Below are positions 27,643-36,105 of a DNA stretch of 64,000 nucleotides, piece after piece. How positions within the stretch are numbered: position 1 is the first letter of the stretch; the number at the start of each line of letters is the position of its first letter. Where the stretch lies: the IMG/VR virus record IMGVR_UViG_3300017763_000007; one strand, given 5' to 3'. The DNA is from a virus. Below the pieces are notes generated by a model, which searched no databases, was not told the origin of the DNA, and was given only the letters and a program-made list of their open reading frames with translations. A program made the position numbers and the translations under genes.

Positions 27643-28498
27643 TCTGCATATCAATGCAGGGGCAGCGTACTCAGGTACAAAACCCCTGTGCTATAGCATT
27701 GAAAAAACTGGGTATGCACCTATGGGGGAGGATCGGAAAACAGAACCGAACCTCCTTTACTATTTGTCCCTTCAAGAGTCAGAGGCACAGTGGTACTGGG
27801 AGTCTCAGCACAGTCATAGGACCCAATCCTACATCAAAAAGAATTACACACTCTCTGACTACATTGAGTATGTGAAGAATAGAAATGGGTTGTTAGATTT
27901 TTCTAATAGCAATCAAGCATTACCTGATTATTTTCTGAAAGATATCGCTCCAATACTTCAAGAAGAATTCAATGTTACTGTCACGCTAATCTGGAGAGAC
28001 CCTGTTAGGAGATCTTATTCTCAACTCTCAGATATCTATCAAAAGAAAACTGGCAAGAAACAAACTCCTCAGTGGAAAATTCATAAGACATCTAATCTCA
28101 AAAAAGATCTAGCGGAAAGGCGTAAGTGGAGAGAAGTTTCTGAGAAATTTCCTACTAGCATTTCTTTTTGGAAACACTGTGTCGAGAATAGAGACTGGCA
28201 TATCTGTGACTATGCAGAAATCTATAAACGCTGGCAGTGCTTTGATAATGTTCAACACCTAATCATGGAGGACTTGTGGTCATGTGATTCTGAACTGCTT
28301 CTGTTGGAAGAACTTCTTGATCACCCTGTTGGTGTTCTATATGACAATGCTTACTGTTCTGCTGGGATTGCTGAAGGTCATCAACAGACTGACATGGAGG
28401 TTTTGAGTGAAGAGGATATTGCCTGGGGTCGAGATCAAATGTCATGGGTATACAATAATTTCAAAGACAGTTTTGGTTACATCCCGTCTTCGTGGTAG
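27632..28498 (+). CDS. sulfotransferase-fold protein
   Basis: INAGAAYSGTKPL (5'-PSB-like) and IWRDPVRRSYSQ (3'-PB-like); start set at ATG 27632. Confidence 0.65.
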   Translation: MTANLHINAGAAYSGTKPLCYSIEKTGYAPMGEDRKTEPNLLYYLSLQESEAQWYWESQHSHRTQSYIKKNYTLSDYIEYVKNRNGLLDFSNSNQALPDYFLKDIAPILQEEFNVTVTLIWRDPVRRSYSQLSDIYQKKTGKKQTPQWKIHKTSNLKKDLAERRKWREVSEKFPTSISFWKHCVENRDWHICDYAEIYKRWQCFDNVQHLIMEDLWSCDSELLLLEELLDHPVGVLYDNAYCSAGIAEGHQQTDMEVLSEEDIAWGRDQMSWVYNNFKDSFGYIPSSW

Positions 28499-28507
28499 TC
28501 TGTAATT

Positions 28508-28699
28508 ATGAAAAAGCATCTTATAGTCTTCCTAACAAATCCAGGAACGCTAACTTCCCTTCTGATGCTGGGAACGTTAGCGTTTATTGGTGCGGCACAT
28601 AACCATGCCCATCACACTATGGAAGTAGATGCGGACTCATATGTCTTGAAGTGGTGCAGCAAGCATCCAAAAAAATGCACGTACAACCGTGACTATTAG
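28508..28699 (+). CDS. small membrane hypothetical protein
   Basis: TM segment followed by HNHAHH; seen in cyanophages (recalled). Confidence 0.55.
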   Translation: MKKHLIVFLTNPGTLTSLLMLGTLAFIGAAHNHAHHTMEVDADSYVLKWCSKHPKKCTYNRDY

Positions 28700-28702
28700 G
28701 TG

Positions 28703-28731
28703 TTGACAAAACTTTATGTTTCCTATATACT
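28703..28731 (+). promoter_or_regulatory. sigma70-type early promoter
   Basis: TTGACA-17 nt-TATACT upstream of hli. Confidence 0.85.
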
Positions 28732-28758
28732 ATGTGAAGAATCATTACGGAGTGTATC

Positions 28759-28977
28759 GTGACTGTAACAACTGAAGATGGTGGACGGACAAACATGTTC
28801 GCCAGAGAACCACAAATGTACATCTCTGAAACCGATGCACAACGTTATGGTTACGAGACATATGCAGAAAAAGCAGAGAAGTTGAATGGACGGACTGCTA
28901 TGGTTGGATTTGTTGCTGCTGTTGTCTCTTATGCTTTCAGTGGTAGCGTATTCTTTTTTGGTGCGTTCGGATTCTAA
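28759..28977 (+). CDS. hli: high-light inducible protein
   Basis: AEKLNGRTAMVGF chlorophyll-binding motif; MFAREPQM N-terminus. Confidence 0.92.
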   Translation: MTVTTEDGGRTNMFAREPQMYISETDAQRYGYETYAEKAEKLNGRTAMVGFVAAVVSYAFSGSVFFFGAFGF

Positions 28978-29192
28978 TGATTGAACTTCTCACTTATTAT
29001 GTGATTGGCGGTGCCCTTATTATTGGACCACCTGCAATCTTCCTGATCATTGCCATGATGGGAGCAATCCAAAATACGAAAGGTCGTATGGTTGGATACA
29101 AAGACCACAAAACTTATGGTGACATCTCATTTTATGAGAACGCACCATCGGATCAAACTAAATTTTACCTCACACTAGGAGAAAACTCATGA
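28977..29192 (+). CDS. small membrane hypothetical protein
   Basis: Coupled ORF with one TM helix. Confidence 0.55.
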   Translation: MIELLTYYVIGGALIIGPPAIFLIIAMMGAIQNTKGRMVGYKDHKTYGDISFYENAPSDQTKFYLTLGENS

Positions 29193-29296
29193 ACGAAAAC
29201 GCAGAACGCATCAACGGTTGGGCAGCAATGCTCGGAGTCATCGCAGCAATCGGTGCATACGCAACCACTGGGCAAATCATTCCTGGCATTTTTTGA
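29189..29296 (+). CDS. hli: high-light inducible protein (35 aa)
   Basis: Translated by hand: MNENAERINGWAAMLGVIAAIGAYATTGQIIPGIF. Confidence 0.93.
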   Translation: MNENAERINGWAAMLGVIAAIGAYATTGQIIPGIF

Positions 29297-29379
29297 TGGG
29301 ATTCTTTGCAGTAGCATTATTCATGCTGATTCCAATTGTTGCTGCAGCATCAATGACCCCAAAGAAAAAAAATTCATGA
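29296..29379 (+). CDS. very small membrane peptide (27 aa)
   Basis: MGFFAVALFMLIPIVAAASMTPKKKNS; TGATG and ATGA coupling on both sides. Confidence 0.45.
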   Translation: MGFFAVALFMLIPIVAAASMTPKKKNS

Positions 29380-29513
29380 GTATAGAATGGGCACAGACAA
29401 CTATTTTTTTATTGGCACCATTCTTTTTTATGCTACTTTTGATTGATACTGAGGATGACGATGGTCCACCAGACGGTGGACTAATGACACCAGTGTTTCA
29501 GGGGACTACTTGA
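29376..29513 (+). CDS. small picocyanobacterial-type membrane protein
   Basis: TM helix followed by DDDGPPDGGLMTP. Confidence 0.6.
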   Translation: MSIEWAQTTIFLLAPFFFMLLLIDTEDDDGPPDGGLMTPVFQGTT

Positions 29514-29528
29514 TTAGTCCCTTTTTTT
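29502..29528 (+). terminator. rho-independent terminator
   Basis: GGGACTA-CTTGAT-TAGTCCC-T7. Confidence 0.8.
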
Positions 29529-29557
29529 GTGCTATGATTTAGCCAGTAAACTTCATT

Positions 29558-30244
29558 ATGAAACTCCGAGATACTATGAGACTGTCAGAAAAGACTCTAA
29601 AGATCCTGCAGAACTTTACGACGATCAATCAGTCTCTCTTCTTCAAAGAAGGCAATAAACTGCGAACAATTTCTGTCATGAAGAACGTTCTGGCAGAAGC
29701 AGAGATCGACGAATACATCCCTCGCGACTTTGCAATCTACGATCTACCTCAGTTTTTGAATACACTGTCTCTGTACAGGTCTCCTGAGGTGGACGTTTCT
29801 ACTAACACATCTCATGCCATTATCAAGGACGGTAATAACCGGGCAAAATTCTTCTTCTCTGATCCTAGTGTGATCGTTGCTCCTCCTGAAAAGGAGATGC
29901 AATTGCCTAGTGAAGATGTTTCTTTTGCGCTGACTGAAGCAGATCTGATCCGGATTCTAAAGTCTTCTTCCATCATGCAACTTCCCGATATGTCGGTAGT
30001 TGGTGAAGATGGGGTTGTAAAACTTGTGGTGTCTGATAGGAAAAACGATACATCTAACGAGTATTCAATTGAAGTTGGTCAGACTGACCGAGTGTTCTCT
30101 TTCAATTTCAAGATTGAGAACATCCGTTTGATTCCTAAGGACTATCAAGTTCTTATTTCTTCTAAGAATCTTGCGAAGTTCACCAACAACGATTATAAAC
30201 TTACCTATTTTATCGCTCTCGAACCAGACTCTTCCTGCGACTAA
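29558..30244 (+). CDS. gp45: sliding clamp gp45
   Basis: LSEKTLKILQNFTTINQS, FAIYDLPQFL, YFIALEPDS. Confidence 0.95.
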   Translation: MKLRDTMRLSEKTLKILQNFTTINQSLFFKEGNKLRTISVMKNVLAEAEIDEYIPRDFAIYDLPQFLNTLSLYRSPEVDVSTNTSHAIIKDGNNRAKFFFSDPSVIVAPPEKEMQLPSEDVSFALTEADLIRILKSSSIMQLPDMSVVGEDGVVKLVVSDRKNDTSNEYSIEVGQTDRVFSFNFKIENIRLIPKDYQVLISSKNLAKFTNNDYKLTYFIALEPDSSCD

Positions 30245-30247
30245 ACC

Positions 30248-30511
30248 ATGGTTACTTCACACGGACATTGGTTAGGTCAACTTGCTCTAGCATTAGAGAA
30301 TCTTGATTGGCCTAACGATGCAGAGATTCTGGTTGAAATTGGTGGCACTCAAGTAAGTGGCATTGAACAACCAGAAGGTTACAATGAGAAGTGGGCATCT
30401 CCATTTGGTCAGCGTAAGTACAACAAAGATGCCTTCATTGTCATCAAACAAAAAGAAACTGTAATTTCTAGTAATCCACCAGCACCGAAAGAATCTGATG
30501 AGTCAAAATGA
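30248..30511 (+). CDS. hypothetical protein
   Basis: Clean ORF in the operon. Confidence 0.55.
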   Translation: MVTSHGHWLGQLALALENLDWPNDAEILVEIGGTQVSGIEQPEGYNEKWASPFGQRKYNKDAFIVIKQKETVISSNPPAPKESDESK

Positions 30512-30656
30512 AAACTTCTTTTGTGAAGTTGATCAAGATGGAATTTTGACTTTCCCTGAAGAACTCCTTGAGAAAACTGGTTGGAAAGAAGGAGACGTGT
30601 TAGAGTGGACTCCTAATGATGATGGGTCTTTTTCTTTGAGGAAACAGAATGCGTGA
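30498..30656 (+). CDS. small AbrB/MazE-like protein (52 aa)
   Basis: Translated by hand: GILTFPEELLEKTGWKEGDVLEW...RKQNA. Confidence 0.6.
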   Translation: MSQNENFFCEVDQDGILTFPEELLEKTGWKEGDVLEWTPNDDGSFSLRKQNA

Positions 30657-31593
30657 TGAATTCCTTTGGGTAGAAAAGTATCGCCCTAAAACAATTGATG
30701 ACTGCATCCTTCCTAAGTCAATAAAGACGACTTTTACGGAGTTTGTAAATAGTGGTGAGCTTCCTAATTTGTTGCTCTCGGGTCCTCCTGGAATAGGTAA
30801 GACGACAGTAGCAAAGGCGTTGTGCCTTGAACTTGGAGCTGACTACTATGTCATCAACGGATCAGATGAAGGACGGTTCCTTGACACGGTTCGTAACCAA
30901 GCAAAGAATTTTGCTTCAACTGTGTCTCTTACGTCTGAATCTAGGCACAAGGTCATCATCATCGATGAGGCAGATAATACTACACATGATGTACAACTCC
31001 TACTCCGAGCTAACATCGAGGCGTTCTACAACAATTGTAGGTTCATCTTTACGTGCAATTACAAGAACAAAATTATTGAACCTCTCCACAGCCGATGTGC
31101 GGTGGTCGATTTCGGAATTACAGGGAAAGACAAACAACTGATTGCTGCTGGGTTCTTCAAGAGGTTGACTCAGATTCTTGAGTTAGAGGGTGTTGAGTAT
31201 GAACCAAAAGTTGCAGTAGAACTTATCAAGAAACACTTCCCTGATTGGAGACGTGTATTGAATGAGTGTCAAAGATATGCAACTAGTGGTAAAATAGATA
31301 CAGGAGTCCTAGCAGACTTTAGTAATGTACAGGTCAATGAACTAGTTTCTTATATTAGTAAGAAGCAGTATCCTAATGTACGGAAGTGGATCGTTCAAAA
31401 TTTAGATAACGATCCTAATACTATCCTCAGAAAATTGTATGACTCAATCTATGAGCATATGAAACCAAAGTCTATCCCTGAGGCGGTACTAATTATTGCA
31501 AAATATCAGTACCAGTCTGCGTTTGCAGCAGATCAGGAGATCAATCTCCTAGCAGCAATGACTGAAATTATGGTCAACTGCGAATTCAAGTAA
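30649..31593 (+). CDS. gp44: clamp loader subunit gp44
   Basis: LWVEKYRP, GPPGIGKTT, IIDEAD, LHSRC, PDWRR. Confidence 0.96.
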   Translation: MRDEFLWVEKYRPKTIDDCILPKSIKTTFTEFVNSGELPNLLLSGPPGIGKTTVAKALCLELGADYYVINGSDEGRFLDTVRNQAKNFASTVSLTSESRHKVIIIDEADNTTHDVQLLLRANIEAFYNNCRFIFTCNYKNKIIEPLHSRCAVVDFGITGKDKQLIAAGFFKRLTQILELEGVEYEPKVAVELIKKHFPDWRRVLNECQRYATSGKIDTGVLADFSNVQVNELVSYISKKQYPNVRKWIVQNLDNDPNTILRKLYDSIYEHMKPKSIPEAVLIIAKYQYQSAFAADQEINLLAAMTEIMVNCEFK

Positions 31594-31606
31594 TCTAATC
31601 AGTTCA

Positions 31607-32503
31607 ATGAAGTGTCTTGTAACAGGCGGTGCTGGATTCATCGGATCCCATATCGTCTCACGTCTTCTTCGTGATAATCATGAGGTCGTAGTCATTGACA
31701 ACGAATCAGCGGAAGCAAATGATTCTTTCAACTGGTACGTCAGTGATGTAGAAAATCACGTAGAAGATATTCGTGATATCGAAGCATGTCGCCCTATCTT
31801 CAAAGGTGTTGAGGTTGTGTTCCATTTGGCAGCACACTCTCGAATCCAACTGGCAATGGCAAATCCTTCTGATTGTGTTACCACAAACGTCATAGGGACT
31901 TGCAACATGCTTGAACTTGCACGAGAAGTAGGTGTGAGTAGGTTTGTCAATTCTTCTACTTCTTCTTCGTATGGTTTGAACAATCAACCTCCCCTGATGG
32001 AGTTCATGCCTAGTGATTGTTTGAATCATTATTCAGCAAGCAAGGTATCTGCAGAGAAGTTCTGTTACATGTACTATCGTCTGCATAAATTGCGGACAGT
32101 ATCTCTCCGGTACTTCAACGTTTACGGTCCTCGTCAACCTTTGAAGGGACCATATGCACCTGTCATTGGTCTGTTCCAAGAACAGAAACGTCGTGGTGAA
32201 CCTATGACCATTGTTGGTGATGGTGAGCAACGTCGTGACTTCACACATGTTGATGATGTGGTTGAGGCAAACATGTGTGCTATGAATAATTTGATTTCTA
32301 TTGAATCAATCAACATCGGCACAGGAACTAATTACTCTATGAATCAAGTTGCTGACATGATTGGCGGCGATAGAGTTTATATTCCAGAACGTAAAGGTGA
32401 ATCTAGAGAAACTCTTGCGGATATCTCAAGAGCTAAATCTATGCTAGGATGGGAACCTAAGATTACATTAGAAGATCAACTTACAAATCATGGTCAACTT
32501 TGA
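31607..32503 (+). CDS. NAD-dependent nucleotide-sugar epimerase/dehydratase
   Basis: TGGAGFIG, YSASK, RYFNVYGP, RDFTHV. Confidence 0.92.
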   Translation: MKCLVTGGAGFIGSHIVSRLLRDNHEVVVIDNESAEANDSFNWYVSDVENHVEDIRDIEACRPIFKGVEVVFHLAAHSRIQLAMANPSDCVTTNVIGTCNMLELAREVGVSRFVNSSTSSSYGLNNQPPLMEFMPSDCLNHYSASKVSAEKFCYMYYRLHKLRTVSLRYFNVYGPRQPLKGPYAPVIGLFQEQKRRGEPMTIVGDGEQRRDFTHVDDVVEANMCAMNNLISIESINIGTGTNYSMNQVADMIGGDRVYIPERKGESRETLADISRAKSMLGWEPKITLEDQLTNHGQL

Positions 32504-33008
32504 CAATATCAATCTTGAGGAGTTCTTTGGTTGCGTTGATGCAACTAATACTCCTCAGATGAAGTCAAACGCTTTCAAGACAATTCGTACCTGGTTACAA
32601 GAAAATTCATTCGCTAAGTGGAGTGATGGACAACTAGATTACGTTGGTGACTACATGGATGGAGTAGACTTCACCTCTGCTGAACATAACTACGAGATGA
32701 AAGGAACTCTCGGTATGTTCAATAAGAATGGCAGCACCAAGAGTGTTGTGTTGAAGAACTTCCGAAACGATGTAAAATTTGTAGACAAGACTTTTGACTA
32801 CATGCTTTTAGTGGATACTAAGAACATGTCTATCGCAGTCACTGATTGGGAAACTGTTGAGAAACGTACCTACTACACTCCATCTTCCCCCACTGCCAAG
32901 TTCAAACTAGAACCTGGAGACTATACTATGTTGGCAGAGAACGTCACTCCCTCCACCAAGAGCACTACAGCAGACGAACTCCTCAACAACTTTGAACATA
33001 TTCTTTGA
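32490..33008 (+). CDS. hypothetical protein, possible PD-(D/E)xK nuclease
   Basis: GVDF...YEMKG motif; coupled (TGATG) to the methylase. Confidence 0.45.
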   Translation: MVNFDNINLEEFFGCVDATNTPQMKSNAFKTIRTWLQENSFAKWSDGQLDYVGDYMDGVDFTSAEHNYEMKGTLGMFNKNGSTKSVVLKNFRNDVKFVDKTFDYMLLVDTKNMSIAVTDWETVEKRTYYTPSSPTAKFKLEPGDYTMLAENVTPSTKSTTADELLNNFEHIL

Positions 33009-33829
33009 TGGCACTCGCTAAAACTCCTCTTCGTTATCCCGGTGGCAAATCACGTGCAACTACACAAATCTACAATCATCTGCCTCGCCTGTCTGGTTAT
33101 AGGGAGTATCGTGAATGTTTCTTGGGTGGAGGATCAATGGCGATCTTCATCACACAAAAATACCCTACCCTCCCCGTTGTCTGCAGTGACCTCTACGAAC
33201 CCTTAGTCAACTTTTGGGTCCATCTTCGCGACGACGGGATGAAGATGGCAGTGGATCTTCTAAAACTAAAGCGACAGCACGACAATCATGAGTCTGCTCG
33301 TGAACTATTCATTGAATCTAAGAGACTACTAAATGATGAATCCAATAATGACTCTCTACTGCGTGCTGTCAGTTTTTATATTGTCAATAAGTGCTCTTTT
33401 TCTGGTCTCACCGAGTCGTCCTCCTTCAGCAAACAAGCAAGTGTCTTCAACTTCAGTGAGCGGGGCATCATGCGACTGCCAGCAACCTCTAAAATAATTC
33501 GTAACTGGACTATCTTGCACCAGTCTTACGAGAAGTTGTTGGAAGGAGATGACGCTTTGGTATACCTTGACCCTCCCTACGACATCAAGGATAACCTGTA
33601 TGGTAAGAAGGGTGGTATGCACAAGGGATTTGATCATGATAAGTTTGCTCGTGACTGCTGCTGGTCTAACAACGATTGCATCATTAGTTACAACTCAGAT
33701 CAACTAGTTCAAGAACGATTTGAAAATTGGAAGGCGGCAGAGTTTGATCTTACATACACCATGAGATCAGTTGGTGAGTATATGAAAAATCAAACAGACA
33801 GAAAAGAGTTGCTACTTATGAACTACTAA
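33008..33829 (+). CDS. dam: DNA adenine methyltransferase (D12/Dam class)
   Basis: PLRYPGGKS, FLGGGS, YLDPPY. Confidence 0.92.
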   Translation: MALAKTPLRYPGGKSRATTQIYNHLPRLSGYREYRECFLGGGSMAIFITQKYPTLPVVCSDLYEPLVNFWVHLRDDGMKMAVDLLKLKRQHDNHESARELFIESKRLLNDESNNDSLLRAVSFYIVNKCSFSGLTESSSFSKQASVFNFSERGIMRLPATSKIIRNWTILHQSYEKLLEGDDALVYLDPPYDIKDNLYGKKGGMHKGFDHDKFARDCCWSNNDCIISYNSDQLVQERFENWKAAEFDLTYTMRSVGEYMKNQTDRKELLLMNY

Positions 33830-33851
33830 AAAGGTACCTAGATAGTAATGC

Positions 33852-34163
33852 ATGATTGAACTTATGCTTTCTACAAAATATCGCCTGTGTCTTGAGGGTA
33901 TCTGTAGAAAGATTGTACAAGGCGAAGAAGTTCCTTTGGATGACATGATCTGGGCAAACAAGATGTCCAAAGCAAACACCACTGCTAGAACGTGGTTGAA
34001 TCGTGCCAGGAGAGAAGTAATGAATCCTGGTGATGGTTTTTACAATGACATGAACTTGGGATCACCAGACCCATCAGATCACAAAACTGCATTTGGTGAT
34101 GCAGATGATATAATGGAGTGGTTCCGTGAAGATCGTAGCGATGACTGGAGACAAAGAGACTAG
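33852..34163 (+). CDS. conserved cyanophage hypothetical protein
   Basis: MLSTKYRLCLEGIC; DDWRQRD end. Confidence 0.65.
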   Translation: MIELMLSTKYRLCLEGICRKIVQGEEVPLDDMIWANKMSKANTTARTWLNRARREVMNPGDGFYNDMNLGSPDPSDHKTAFGDADDIMEWFREDRSDDWRQRD

Positions 34164-34596
34164 TCTCAAGGCATGGTTCAAGAAACTTTCAACACCTAGT
34201 CAGATATTTGGTGGGATGCCACCATGCCCTTTTGCTAAATCTGCCCTTCTAAAAAATAAGGTTGAGGTAATTGACTACGTAGACTTCCCGCAGATTGTGG
34301 GATACATGGCAAAGAAATGGAATAAAGAGGTAGTTATATTTGTGATGCAGGACCAGAGTGCTGTGTGGATAACAGATCTGGCAGAAAAATGCAATAGGGT
34401 TTACCCAGAGTTTTTATTCTTAGAAGAACACCCTGACCTTGTAGAGAAAGTAGGTGGTCTTCATTTGAATAGTGGACTTGTTCTCCTCCTAGTACAGAAA
34501 AGAAATGAGTTGGAGGAAGCTAGGGATGAACTGAAGAAAACTGATTATTATGATAAGTGGACAAATGAATTGAAGGAAAGAATTTTCAATCGATAG
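34126..34596 (+). CDS. hypothetical protein (PCPFAK motif)
   Basis: GGMPPCPFAK, FLEEHPD. Confidence 0.6.
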   Translation: MKIVAMTGDKETSLKAWFKKLSTPSQIFGGMPPCPFAKSALLKNKVEVIDYVDFPQIVGYMAKKWNKEVVIFVMQDQSAVWITDLAEKCNRVYPEFLFLEEHPDLVEKVGGLHLNSGLVLLLVQKRNELEEARDELKKTDYYDKWTNELKERIFNR

Positions 34597-34600
34597 ATAC

Positions 34601-34620
34601 TGTGTTACAATGTGGGATCC
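34601..34620. repeat. exact 20-nt inverted copy of 18025-18044
   Basis: TGTGTTACAATGTGGGATCC at 34601-34620 equals the reverse complement of 18025-18044. Confidence 0.9.
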
Positions 34621-34629
34621 TAGCTTCTA

Positions 34630-34773
34630 ATGGAAACACCGGCAGACTTGTGGCAAGACATGGCAACCCTCAACGCACTATATGAGGAGTTATGCTGGGA
34701 CCCTGAAGTAGTTCTAGAATTTATTCCTGACTACGAAAACGACTGTATTATTATTCGCAAACAGAATGCCTGA
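34630..34773 (+). CDS. small protein (47 aa), AbrB-like C-terminal half
   Basis: Translated by hand: LYEELCWDPEVVLEFIP...RKQNA. Confidence 0.6.
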   Translation: METPADLWQDMATLNALYEELCWDPEVVLEFIPDYENDCIIIRKQNA

Positions 34774-35149
34774 ATTGAAGGATTGGTTGAAGTCAATCAA
34801 CGAAACCAAGACTAACCTTATTGATGATGATCCTCAATTAGAATCGAAGTATCTTCCATACATTGTCAATCGATGTTTGTCTGGTCACATTGATTCGTTG
34901 ATGTATGCCAACGAGATGAATATAAATCACTGCCTTGATTATAAGTTACAATACGACTTTTTACTAAATACTCTGAGATCTAAGAAGAGATTCTCTCCTT
35001 GGGTCAGGAAAGATGAGCTAGTGAATCTCCAGATTGTCAAAAAATACTACGGTTATTCTGACGAAAAGGCGAAGCAAGTGCTCCCTCTTTTATCTAACGA
35101 ACAGTTAGACATTATTCGACAAAAACTTGAGACCGGAGGGTTGCAATGA
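34766..35149 (+). CDS. gp62: clamp loader subunit gp62
   Basis: ELKDWLKSIN, YLPYIVNRCLS, YYGYSDEKA. Confidence 0.93.
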   Translation: MPELKDWLKSINETKTNLIDDDPQLESKYLPYIVNRCLSGHIDSLMYANEMNINHCLDYKLQYDFLLNTLRSKKRFSPWVRKDELVNLQIVKKYYGYSDEKAKQVLPLLSNEQLDIIRQKLETGGLQ

Positions 35150-35583
35150 ATAGTGGAGAACCGATTTACGAATGGTCCCCTGCAAAGATGATTGAAGTGG
35201 TTCTGCAAGAACCAGATGATTTCCTAAAAGTCCGTGAGACACTGACAAGGATTGGAGTTGCATCACGCAAGGAAAAGAAACTTTATCAGTCTTGTCACAT
35301 CCTGCATAAGCAAGGAAGATATTTTATCGTTCACTTCAAAGAGTTGTTTGCTCTAGATGGAAAGAGAGCAAACTTGACTATCAATGATGTGCAACGTCGC
35401 AATCGTATTGTCAACCTATTAGTTGATTGGGGATTGGTCTTGATCTCTGAAGAGAATCTTGCAAATATTGTAGACGTTTCACCTTTGAATCAAATCAAAG
35501 TAATCTCTTTCCGTGAGAAAGGTGAGTGGTCACTAGAGACTAAGTACAATATTGGTAAAAAGAAAACCCAAGAGACTGAGTAG
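35146..35583 (+). CDS. regA: translational repressor RegA
   Basis: DDFLKVRETLTRIGVASR, LYQSCHILHKQG. Confidence 0.96.
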   Translation: MNSGEPIYEWSPAKMIEVVLQEPDDFLKVRETLTRIGVASRKEKKLYQSCHILHKQGRYFIVHFKELFALDGKRANLTINDVQRRNRIVNLLVDWGLVLISEENLANIVDVSPLNQIKVISFREKGEWSLETKYNIGKKKTQETE

Positions 35584-35586
35584 TGT

Positions 35587-35621
35587 TATAAATATGTGTG
35601 GATGCCTTCGGGGTCCACACA
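35587..35621 (+). promoter_or_regulatory. late promoter TATAAATA plus cUUCGg leader hairpin
   Basis: TATAAATA 35587-35594; TGTGTGGA..CC-TTCG-GG..TCCACACA 35595-35621. Confidence 0.75.
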
Positions 35622-35651
35622 AAAAACATCTGCCTTTACAGGAGATCTACT

Positions 35652-36080
35652 ATGTCTAACATCGAGAAATTTCGTGCAGCCGGTCTGCCGGATCTAATTG
35701 ATCGCATCAATAAGAATTCGCTTGGTTGGGATACATCATTCAATCAATTTTGGGAGTCCAACAGTGTTGGTAACTATCCTCCATACAACATCATCCAACT
35801 TAGTAACCACGAGACACGCCTAGAGATTGCACTGGCGGGGTTCAAGAAGGAAGAAGTCAAAGTTTACTCTGAGTATGGCAAACTTGTCGTTGAAGGTAAG
35901 CATAATTCTGAGTCACAGGGTGAATATGTGCACCGTGGTCTTGCCAATCGTAGCTTTGAGCGTGCTTGGACACTCAGCGAGGACGTAAAAATTGATAGTG
36001 TTACTTTTGAAGATGGACTTTTGATCGTAACACTAAAGAAAATTGTGCCCGATCATCATGCCCGACAAGAGTACCTCTAA
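35652..36080 (+). CDS. hsp20: small heat shock protein Hsp20
   Basis: NYPPYNI, EIALAGF, HRGLANRSF, DGLL; AGGAG SD before ATG 35652. Confidence 0.95.
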   Translation: MSNIEKFRAAGLPDLIDRINKNSLGWDTSFNQFWESNSVGNYPPYNIIQLSNHETRLEIALAGFKKEEVKVYSEYGKLVVEGKHNSESQGEYVHRGLANRSFERAWTLSEDVKIDSVTFEDGLLIVTLKKIVPDHHARQEYL

Positions 36081-36083
36081 ATA
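36077..36083 (+). promoter_or_regulatory. late promoter (CTAAATA)
   Basis: Upstream of the nucleotidyltransferase. Confidence 0.6.
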
Positions 36084-36105
36084 ATACGATGACAGTCGTA
36101 ATTTA

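Noticed and set aside
31594-31606. Possible wcaG RNA motif upstream of the epimerase
   Set aside because: The intergenic gap is only 13 nt
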